NCBI GenBank assembly: GCA_964057225.1
Contig: OZ059895.1
Coordinates: 13,330,001-13,394,000 of the forward strand
Reading direction: 5' to 3'
Length of the DNA: 64,000 bases
Origin: Auanema rhodensis
Taxonomy: Eukaryota; Animalia; Nematoda
The position numbers and the translations under genes were made by a program. The notes beneath the pieces are model-generated. The model did no database searches. It was given only the letters and a program-made list of their open reading frames with translations, and had not been told where the DNA came from. This document shows positions 1-9,589 of this stretch, in pieces. Each line of letters opens with the position of its first letter. Within the stretch, counting starts at the first letter, position 1.

Positions 1-1356
1 CAATATAGTAAATATTACGACACTCTTGATAAAAAAATCAAGGATATATCCGGTAAGGACTTCCCTTTCAATCATTGCGATATTGAACTAGAATCCACAT
101 TACGCAAGTACCTAAAACCTCAAAAATTTTTGGGTTTATATGGTGGTGGTCTTGTAAGCTCAAAACCGTCATGTGATCCAGTCTTAGATCCAGATGTGTG
201 CGAAACAGAGGATGTTATCTCTCGTCATCACGAGTTGTCCCCGTATAATTTAATTTGCGTTGATCAGGGAATTGCAAAGCCCTTTATTTATTGGTACTTA
301 AAGAAGAGGGTCGAGACACTTGGTGATTCCGATCTTCTACGTGCTGTTGAGACTTCCAACGATGATTTTTATCGTCTGCATAAATACTTCGTCGCGAAAA
401 AGTATACCGACATGGTATTATCTCAAGAAGCTATTAGATATTTTGAGAGATTGGTAAATTTCTCAATTGAATCCCATATTATTCATCCACCGTTGGATCC
501 TGTTTTCTTATCTTTTGACAGACAATTGGGAATGTCTGGAAATTTAGGTGAAAACTTTTATGGTAACTGGTTGCGGCGTACTCCACTTACAGAATTGGAA
601 GAGACTAAATTTACTGATGTATTACCAGAAATATCGGTTGTTAAACCAATATTTACGTCGACACCAGATGCTACCCAAGACACTACTTTCACCTTTAATG
701 TAAAAAAAACCAAATTTCTCAAATTTTCGTATTTAAATCTATTTGTTGGTGGCGCCTTTTCCTATTATTGCTTAAATAACCTCTATAAACGTTCGTATTT
801 TATAGATTCGCATCACAACCAATGTGTTAATTCTTTGTATAACTTATTATCAGTTCATAATGTATATAACAGTCTCCCTAAATCCATTTGTATGTCTAAT
901 ATTATTTTTAATAATTTATGTAGAAATTCTGTAAAATATGATTTTATATCCTCTACAGTCGCACAACAGGTTCACGTTGATTCAAAATTTAATGCCACCG
1001 CAATATTTTCGGGCATTGCAGCCCTGTTAAGATTTTTGACTGCCTTTCGAATTGACTCAACTGAGGAACTTGTTCCTAATGACTACAACGCCGGTAATAC
1101 CATTAAAGATAAACACCATCCACACACTATGTTCTCAACAACTCTCTTCAACGGTGTTAGAGAATATATCGCTACCAAATTGCGTAAGTCTAGGGCTAAT
1201 GAATCTGACACTTCAGAAAATGTGATCGATGATATCCAAAAAACGTCAGCAACTATCCCAACTCCGATTTTAAATGATACTACACCCTTTAATGATGCAA
1301 TTGAAGAGTATGCCGAATATTTGACATTATATTCTAAGACTAAAAAGGTCTTTTGA
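1..1356 (+). pseudogene. Inverted second copy (3' part, open at window start) of the endogenised nege/kita-like viral replicase ORF
   Basis: Reverse complement of 3115-4470. The protein matches the C-terminus of the 1404-aa ORF except LNDTT/LNNTT and KKVF/KKDF. Confidence 0.9.
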
Positions 1357-1545
1357 AAGATTCCCAGTATGATATATGATATATTATTTTGTAATTACAT
1401 TGTTTTCCTTCATTTTTTCTCATAAAATTGTTCTGTATTATCAGTATTCTTTTATTTTTTGAAACATTTCATACAACTTTCATATTAGCATGGAATTTCA
1501 CTTTCTCGATGTAGCTGAGGTCAGCTACTTTTTCGATAGTAGGCA

Positions 1546-1958
1546 TGTTCCATACGTGTCCTATAAGTAGAGCGATTGACAACGTCAATCGCTTATAAAA
1601 CGGAACATTATAAAAACAAATAGCTGACGCTACATTTGAGAAACAGGAATTCAATGCAATAAAGAACGAACACTTTTTCATATTAAGTTTAATCAAAGAA
1701 AGCCCAATTCAAGCGGAACCAAGTTCCGCGGACCTGATATAACGACTTTTTATGCTCGTAAGGAAAACTATATAAGTTTTCCTTACGAGTCCTTTGGGCT
1801 GCGACTAGGAATCATTATGTAACTTTTATTATTGTAATTTGTATACTTTATCATGAATAAACCTTTCTCTCTATACTCTTTATCATTTATATTTGGAAGA
1901 AAAGAAAGTAATTCCATGTGGTTACCCAGCCGGAACCCTGGGGAACCACCATGGAACG
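1546..1958 (+). mobile_element. 3' LTR (413 bp) of the inverted copy of element E1
   Basis: Reverse complement of LTR 2513-2925. Reads TGTTCCAT...ATGGAACG and is followed by target TAAC. Confidence 0.92.
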
Positions 1959-2047
1959 TAACGTAGAAAATTACATAACTAACATGAAATTGGAAAAAAA
2001 ACAATAACGAGGATAAGTATGTAAATCATTGAATATCAGATATTTTC

Positions 2048-2085
2048 GCTTACGACCATACCACGTTGAAAGTACGCCATCCCGT
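2048..2085 (+). pseudogene. 5' fragment (nt 1-38) of 5S rRNA at the inversion breakpoint
   Basis: gcttacgaccataccacgttgaaagtacgccatcccgt, then an abrupt switch to filler and opposite-orientation spacer. Confidence 0.9.
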
Positions 2086-2289
2086 AAAGTAAACACAAAC
2101 AGTAAAGTTAAGATGAAGGTTCATAAACTACTGGTTTATAACTGTAATATAGAAATAAGATTGAAGATATTTTGATGCCTTGGGTTGAGCTATCTAAGTA
2201 AAACTGCTAGAAAATTAAAAACATTTGTTACGGAAGAGATAAAATTGAAAATCAGCTGCATTGCGTACTTTCAACGTGGTATGATCGTT

Positions 2290-2304
2290 AAAAAAAATTG
2301 AAAA
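2290..2304 (-). terminator. Pol III terminator (T4 then T7-8), repeated after every 5S copy
   Basis: Minus strand TTTTCAATTTTTTTT immediately after the 5S 3' end. Confidence 0.8.
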
Positions 2305-2422
2305 GCTTACGGCACCCGGGATTCCCAAGCCGTCTCCGATCCAAGTACTAACCGGGCCCAACGTTGCTTGACTTGCCAGATCGGACGGGATGGCGTACTT
2401 TCAACGTGGTATGGTCGTAAGC
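2304..2422 (-). rRNA. 5S rRNA
   Basis: 119 nt GCTTACGACCATACCACGTTGAAAGTACGCCATCCCGTCCGATCTGGCAAGTCAAGC...GTAAGCT, nematode-type 5S, followed by oligo-T Pol III terminator. Confidence 0.97.
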
Positions 2423-2512
2423 GAAAATACCTGATATTCAATGATTTACATACTTATCCTCGTTATTGTTTTTTTTTCCAATTTCATGTTAGTTATGTAA
2501 TTTTCTACGTTA

Positions 2513-2925
2513 CGTTCCATGGTGGTTCCCCAGGGTTCCGGCTGGGTAACCACATGGAATTACTTTCTTTTCTTCCAAATATAAATGATAAAGAGTATAG
2601 AGAGAAAGGTTTATTCATGATAAAGTATACAAATTACAATAATAAAAGTTACATAATGATTCCTAGTCGCAGCCCAAAGGACTCGTAAGGAAAACTTATA
2701 TAGTTTTCCTTACGAGCATAAAAAGTCGTTATATCAGGTCCGCGGAACTTGGTTCCGCTTGAATTGGGCTTTCTTTGATTAAACTTAATATGAAAAAGTG
2801 TTCGTTCTTTATTGCATTGAATTCCTGTTTCTCAAATGTAGCGTCAGCTATTTGTTTTTATAATGTTCCGTTTTATAAGCGATTGACGTTGTCAATCGCT
2901 CTACTTATAGGACACGTATGGAACA
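2513..2925 (-). repeat. E1 3' LTR
   Basis: Direct repeat of 10970-11382. Terminal IR TGTTCCAT/ATGGAACG, TATATAA near 2696-2702, AATAAA near 2610-2615 (minus). Confidence 0.95.
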
Positions 2926-3114
2926 TGCCTACTATCGAAAAAGTAGCTGACCTCAGCTACATCGAGAAAGTGAAATTCCATGCTAATATGAAAGTTGTAT
3001 GAAATGTTTCAAAAAATAAAAGAATACTGATAATACAGAACAATTTTATGAGAAAAAATGAAGGAAAACAATGTAATTACAAAATAGTATATCATATATC
3101 ATACTGGGAATCTT

Positions 3115-6100
3115 TCAAAAGTCCTTTTTAGTCTTAGAATATAATGTCAAATATTCGGCATACTCTTCAATTGCATCATTAAAGGGTGTAGTATTATTTA
3201 AAATCGGAGTTGGGATAGTTGCTGACGTTTTTTGGATATCATCGATCACATTTTCTGAAGTGTCAGATTCATTAGCCCTAGACTTACGCAATTTGGTAGC
3301 GATATATTCTCTAACACCGTTGAAGAGAGTTGTTGAGAACATAGTGTGTGGATGGTGTTTATCTTTAATGGTATTACCGGCGTTGTAGTCATTAGGAACA
3401 AGTTCCTCAGTTGAGTCAATTCGAAAGGCAGTCAAAAATCTTAACAGGGCTGCAATGCCCGAAAATATTGCGGTGGCATTAAATTTTGAATCAACGTGAA
3501 CCTGTTGTGCGACTGTAGAGGATATAAAATCATATTTTACAGAATTTCTACATAAATTATTAAAAATAATATTAGACATACAAATGGATTTAGGGAGACT
3601 GTTATATACATTATGAACTGATAATAAGTTATACAAAGAATTAACACATTGGTTGTGATGCGAATCTATAAAATACGAACGTTTATAGAGGTTATTTAAG
3701 CAATAATAGGAAAAGGCGCCACCAACAAATAGATTTAAATACGAAAATTTGAGAAATTTGGTTTTTTTTACATTAAAGGTGAAAGTAGTGTCTTGGGTAG
3801 CATCTGGTGTCGACGTAAATATTGGTTTAACAACCGATATTTCTGGTAATACATCAGTAAATTTAGTCTCTTCCAATTCTGTAAGTGGAGTACGCCGCAA
3901 CCAGTTACCATAAAAGTTTTCACCTAAATTTCCAGACATTCCCAATTGTCTGTCAAAAGATAAGAAAACAGGATCCAACGGTGGATGAATAATATGGGAT
4001 TCAATTGAGAAATTTACCAATCTCTCAAAATATCTAATAGCTTCTTGAGATAATACCATGTCGGTATACTTTTTCGCGACGAAGTATTTATGCAGACGAT
4101 AAAAATCATCGTTGGAAGTCTCAACAGCACGTAGAAGATCGGAATCACCAAGTGTCTCGACCCTCTTCTTTAAGTACCAATAAATAAAGGGCTTTGCAAT
4201 TCCCTGATCAACGCAAATTAAATTATACGGGGACAACTCGTGATGACGAGAGATAACATCCTCTGTTTCGCACACATCTGGATCTAAGACTGGATCACAT
4301 GACGGTTTTGAGCTTACAAGACCACCACCATATAAACCCAAAAATTTTTGAGGTTTTAGGTACTTGCGTAATGTGGATTCTAGTTCAATATCGCAATGAT
4401 TGAAAGGGAAGTCCTTACCGGATATATCCTTGATTTTTTTATCAAGAGTGTCGTAATATTTACTATATTGAAGATAGGTATTTAATCCGTCCGATCTTTT
4501 TATATCAAAATTGTTACAAACGGAGCGGAAAAACCCGGTGTAGTTAAAATCAGATCTTACAATTTCGGATTTAGTATACCCCTCACATAAAACATAAAAT
4601 TCACAAGAAATAGGTGTGGAGGTAGACAAGAAAAGAACCGTTAATTTCGCAAATCTCGAAAGTAATCGGCGCAATAAAATCTGAGTACTAATAGCATAAG
4701 GGTAAAACAGTTTAATAACCAATTTGCCGTTATCATGCAATAGATCGAATGCGGTGGAGATTTCAGCATAAATGAGATCATAGTTATTGTCAGCACGAAG
4801 AAGAGGATTAACAGCTGTTTCAGATATGGCTCCGTCAGCTAAAATAAGTAGTCTGTCATTGGTGTTCTTCTTTATTAATTCAACCATAGAGTTTCGAATA
4901 TCGTCATCAAGCAAATTTGACGATCTTGTTACAGGGTCACAATAGGGAGTTAAACGGTTATCGAATATTAACATGGATTTAGGTCCAGGCACAGCATGAA
5001 TAAAACTGTTAGAGTTATGTAATAAATATTCAGAAAACCCTCCGGGGCTAGAACATAAGTCGATTATATCGACATAACAGAAATCGATCAGCCCAAAGGC
5101 GTGTAATTCGCACAGTTTTAAGGCCGAGCGACAAATGTATCCTCCAGTGCCGATATTAGATGTAGGAGTCATTATGTTTTTAATCAGCTTATGTTTACGA
5201 TTAGAGACATTCTCAAAAGTTTTGTCATAAATGTCTCTGAATTTATCAATCAAAGGAGCGTCGTTACAATCGAACACATCGTCAGATGTTAATACCATCA
5301 AACGGTTCGGACAAACTTTCAAAGCAGAAAAATGACCAGGCGTATAATGAACGTGATATAATTGTTCAGATGCTAGCGTACGAGGAGTATAAAGTCGAAA
5401 CTGACCAGTGGAAGTATCGTGTAAGCAAATCTTAACACGGTATAGACCACTGAACAACTCAATATGCTCATCTGTTCCCCAATTATCAACATTAGAGGGA
5501 TCGTTAATACCGGCTAACAGAAGATTCTTTGTCTTCTCACCGATGTTAGGGGCATGGCTAAGTTTATCACGAATTGATGGTGGACTATCGGTAGTAGCAC
5601 CCGTAAGTCTCAAAGCGTGAAAAAGACAGTCGCCGTCACCAGGAGTGGGGATAATTTCAACGTTACTTTGGCAGGAATGTGAAACCGACACAGATACCGG
5701 TTCAAAAGACGTCGAAGTATCAATAACACCCTCTTCTGCATCAAAATACTCATCAGAATCTTCACCAGATGAACATTCGAAGTCATTAGGCAACCACAAT
5801 TTATATAGGGGATGGTCAATAGTCTTCCGTACTTCGCGATGGACAAGTTGGGAAACCTGTCGGTCAATATCAATATAACCGATATTACGGAAAATCTTTA
5901 TATCATAAAGAGTCCCGCCCAGTACACAATCCCGCCAACCCTTCATCCGAGATGTGTCGTCGCAAACAGTCTGGTCTGACATTGATGACACTGTAAGGTC
6001 ATTGTCATGAGCTTTAGACATGGCGGACAATAGGTTTTCGGTCTTGTCGGAATACTTCATCATGGAGAATAAACGGGTGAACCGGGGAAATAAGGATAAA

Positions 6101-7584
6101 GATCTAGAAATAGAAATGTCATCCGTCAATTCCTTTATAGTCTTAGTTGAACTGTAATTGCTGACATAAATTAGCATATAAACAGTATGAGCCAGTATTC
6201 GGAGAGTATCAGCAGAATGTCGTTCGTCAGAACTGGAGATTGTTTGTCCATTGACTACAACACGACTATCAAGAGAAATACCCATTGACAGGATATTTTT
6301 GACGGTGAATTTACCCTCACCCAAGGTCATACCATGTTTTAACATGTTTTCAAACAAGCTAGTTGATACACAGATATAAGCATATTTCAATTTATTTTTG
6401 GTTTTAAAAAAAGATGAAGATTCATCAAAATCGTATGTACGAATATAGGATTTTTTGTCGGAGTTCAATTTAAAAGTACGCCCGCTAATATGACGGGGAA
6501 TAGAAGTGTCAATCCTTGCAATGTCAAAGAAAAAATGACTCTTAAATTGTAATAGCCCAGCCACCGCATAACTATATAAAGAGGTGGTAGAAGTTAGAAC
6601 AAAAGCTTTTATGATAAAAATATAAGTGTCCCAACGATGAGTGTAACACAATTGAACATCGTTATCAAATGAGAATCTAATATATTCGACTCCAAACTGT
6701 TTATAGCGGGTAAAAGATGCGTCAATATCTGGTAACATACCATTTTTTTTAATTAAAACAACGGGGTCGAATAATATAACTCCGACGGCCCTAATAGCTT
6801 CACAGTTATCTAAGGTCTGAACAATGTCAGCTGGAGAAAGATCATAAACAGAATGTAAAAAGGATACAAAAGGGGCTTTTATCTTACAGTACTGGGAAAG
6901 TTGAGAACAAATATAATTAGAATCCATAGAGAGTATTTTTTTACAATGATAAACTTTATTGCTATCAAAGGAATTATTCACAATCATAGTTGCTTGAGCT
7001 ACGTAATTATTACGTCTAAAAACGTCAGCCGTGTTCACAACTGGACAGCAACAGTGAACGGAGTAAAAGCCACTATTAACAAACTGCATGGGATTTGATC
7101 CTATATCCTTTTGTACTACATGGTATTTACCGCTGGGTGTTAATGTCTTGAACATTTCCAAAGAGCGAAAGAATTGGTATCTTATGTAGTAAAAAGCTAC
7201 AGTGCGTAAGGCACGAGCTAGTGAATGAGGTCCACCATCGGTGTTACTGGTCTCAATTCTAAAACAAGAAAAATTTTTTTGAATGTCTTGTAATTGTTCA
7301 CTAGATAAAATCTGTTGTAATCTAATCAAAATTCGTCCCGAAGAGTCAAAATTAATTCACTTCATACGGTTGTCCAATACACTGGCTTTAACAGCTGCTG
7401 CAACACTACTATTTGGGTTGTTAAGGATTACATTTTTAAGGACGGGATCAAAATTTTTATCCGCTGATACGGATAAAAGAAAGTCTCCCATACATTTATC
7501 ATCTGTTGGAAATTTTTCAGATCGGTAACCGGTGTCGTCCATAACAATTAAGTTATTAGACGAAACGGCCGTGCAGTCATCCAT
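3115..7584 (-). pseudogene. Endogenous viral element: N-terminal part of a nege/kita-like (Martellivirales) replicase with Alphavirus-like MTase/GTase, OTU-like protease and FtsJ 2'-O-MTase; truncated before helicase/RdRp
   Basis: ATG at 7584 (MDDCTAV) is in frame with the 3115-7329 ORF, broken by one TGA at 7357-7359. MTase motifs GGPHSLARALR, KDIGS, VHCCCP..DVFR, LHSVYD. OTU motifs PGDGDCLFHAL..WG..GHF (~5320-5660). FtsJ K-D-K-E motifs RSALKL, DLCSSPGGF, LADGA, VIKLF, SCEFYV (~4575-5150). Confidence 0.9.
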
Positions 7585-7637
7585 AACTACCAGGTGACAC
7601 AATAAAGTGTCAATCTAGTAGAAGGAGAAAAGCAATC

Positions 7638-7887
7638 GACGTTGTCAATCGCTCTACTTATAGGACACGTATGGAACATGCCTAATATCGAAAAAGTAGC
7701 TGACCTCAGCTACATCGAGAAAGTGAAATTCCATGCAAATGTGAAAGTTGTATGAAATGTTTCAAAAAAATAAAAGAATACTGATAATACAGAACAATTT
7801 TATGAGAAAAAAATAAAGGAAAACAATGTAATTACAAAATAATATATCATATATCATACTGGGAATCTTTCAAAAGTTCTTTTTAGT
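7638..7887 (-). repeat. Internal duplication of the E1 3'UTR + pre-LTR hairpin + first 41 bp of U3 (copy of 2885-3132)
   Basis: gacgttgtcaatc...atggaaca-tgcc...ctgggaatctttcaaaag is repeated, with about 7 differences between copies. Confidence 0.92.
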
Positions 7888-8485
7888 ATTCTTCATAATA
7901 CTGGTGTATCTCTGGTAATGGTGATGATCCTAGGTCGTGGAGAAGATCCATAGTCTTGTTGCATAAATCCGTTTTTCTTTCCATTTCTTCCTTGGTGGTT
8001 GCTGGTGATGCCAGAAATATTTGTAGAGCATTTAAAATGCTTTTTCTTGCCTCTGTGGATGGCAGTTCGCTGCAATGTTGCAGGCTCCATTCTTGATAGG
8101 CCGAATGGGTCTCAGCAATAATCCAGTTTGGTGTCTGCTGTTCTGGTGAATCGCAACTAGGTGAATAACCTAGTTGGTCCCTTAGTTCAGCAATGGCATC
8201 TCGGATGACTCCTGCTGTGTTGGTCCATGGTCCTATGCAGTGGTCAACCTCCGACAGTTGATCCTTGTCGTATTGGTAACATAGGATTTTGAGCGTTTCA
8301 GTACTGGTGTTCGCTCTTGTTAGTCCTTGAACTAACTCTTTCAGGATCTTCTCTTTCCTGGGGCGGTTGGCGATGGTATTGGCGCCTAGCTGCTTCAATT
8401 CTCTTACTAATAGTTGAATTGAAAGCCATCTCTTTTTGGCCATCATGAGGGGAATTTCGATGGCTTCAGGGAGTTGGGTGGACAT
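7883..8485 (-). CDS. E1 accessory ORF3, ~200 aa helical/coiled-coil protein of unknown function
   Basis: Intact ATG-stop ORF. Aligns by eye with the ORFs ending at 13575 and 57409 (P..M.K..W..I..L..EL.QL; LRDQLGY/LREDLGY; P.W...E.H). Confidence 0.75.
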   Translation of the reverse strand: MSTQLPEAIEIPLMMAKKRWLSIQLLVRELKQLGANTIANRPRKEKILKELVQGLTRANTSTETLKILCYQYDKDQLSEVDHCIGPWTNTAGVIRDAIAELRDQLGYSPSCDSPEQQTPNWIIAETHSAYQEWSLQHCSELPSTEARKSILNALQIFLASPATTKEEMERKTDLCNKTMDLLHDLGSSPLPEIHQYYEEY

Positions 8486-8850
8486 TGTTATCTTTGTTAC
8501 TGTTTTCTGTCCTTTTTATCCTTTTTAAAACTAGGTCGGTCTGTTCCTTCCTTTTTGTCGCCTCCTTTTTGACCAGTTAGGTGAAAAAAAATGATGAAGA
8601 TTGTTGATTAAAACTTTGCAGTGATTTTTGAAAGATTCCAAGTATGATGTATAATTTTATTTTGAAATTTTGGTTATTGATACAATATTTTTATGAGAGT
8701 GAAAAAATAAAAATGTACAATAATTTGTGTAGAATTTTATGTCTTACTTAAATGAGAAAAAAAAATCATATATAGGTTCAAGTTTAGATGAAAATTATGA
8801 AAATGGTATTATACTTTTTGTGATTTTTATATAGAAATTATGGATTTTTA

Positions 8851-9175
8851 CTATTGTTCTAGCTTCTTACTTGTAGCCCCAATAACTGTTGACGGTCTTT
8901 TCTTATGGATGACTGGTACTGTTGGTGCCACGAAGTTTGGGTCCGGGATCGGACTCTTCGAAACTCTCTTCTTCGGCTCTGTTACTGGTATGGTGCTGTG
9001 ATACCTTATCGGCACATGATAAGGCTTTGCTGGCGTTGTAGGAGAATTATCTTCTAATCCCAATGCCAATTTAAGTGCTGAACTCCATTTCTTAATTGTG
9101 GGTGGCTCCTTCTTCCGTTCCTCATACAATTCTTTTCTTGCGTTTTCTTCTATTTTCTCTGATAGTTTGGTGAAT
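8851..9175 (-). pseudogene. E1 remnant of the Pol C-terminal tail
   Basis: KELYEERKKEPPTIKKWSSALKLALGLED...RPSTVIGAT matches the E4 C-terminus QELYEERRKEIPTTKRWSSALKLALGIED...RPSTVIGAT. Confidence 0.85.
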
Positions 9176-9589
9176 TTCGAGGAAGAGGAGAAGAAAGAAT
9201 AGCAGTATTTGGGTATGAAAATGATATTTGAGAATAATCTTTACAAGGGGAAGTATTTGTGCAAACATAGCTAGAGCTTTTGATAACGTTAGAATTGCGT
9301 TTAGGAGTTTGTTTGTTAATAGACGTTTTAATTTTACTAAGAGTAATAGCGTGGCGAGAAGTTTTGATAGCTGTTGTGCCTATTTTTTTTTGCGGGGGTA
9401 CCCGGTATAGCGGGTGGTTTCTTTGCAGCAGTAGGTCGGCGCTTCGTGTCCGGCTCATAAACATTTGGAGGTCCTCTCTTTCTTTGATTCTGCTCGAGTA
9501 CTGGCTCGACGTGCGTATCATTACCGGGGGGCTGCGCTCTGTGGATTTGTTTTATCCTGCGGAGGATTTTTACTCTTCGAGTCCGTCAT
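9170..9589 (-). pseudogene. E1 frameshifted remnant of the Gag N-terminal disordered region
   Basis: ATG at 9589 lies in the same context as the E2 gag ATG. QRKRGPPNVYEP resembles E2 RRKRQPPATYSP, and SSPLPRNSP resembles E2 SSPPLRNSP, in different frames. Confidence 0.65.

Larger units (their letters stand above)
1..4470. repeat. Large imperfect inverted repeat (arms 1-2085 and 2385-4470, left arm cut by window edge, ~300 bp spacer)
   Basis: Position 1 (caatatagta) mirrors 4461-4470 (tactatattg). The arm ends at cccgt 2081-2085 / acggg 2385-2389. At least 4 substitutions and a 1-bp poly-T indel separate the arms. Confidence 0.95.

Noticed and set aside
2509-2513. 5-bp TSD (gttac) with LTR ending in AAC
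   Set aside because: The E4 flank (ttcca|cgttcc), E3 flank and PBS junctions show the C belongs to the LTR, so a 4-bp TSD fits all complete elements.
1469-3002. Small ORFs 1469-1696, 1783-2004, 2368-2688 and 2775-3002
   Set aside because: Antisense frames across LTR/5S junctions, duplicated only because of the palindrome; non-ATG starts.
3115-7329. Host cap methyltransferase (CMTR/FtsJ) or OTU gene
   Set aside because: Intronless, fused to an Alphavirus-like MTase in the domain order of nege/kita-like viruses, and located inside an LTR element.
9150-9521. 123-aa ORF as a real gene
   Set aside because: It is a mosaic of frames in a frameshifted gag remnant that ends at the deletion junction.
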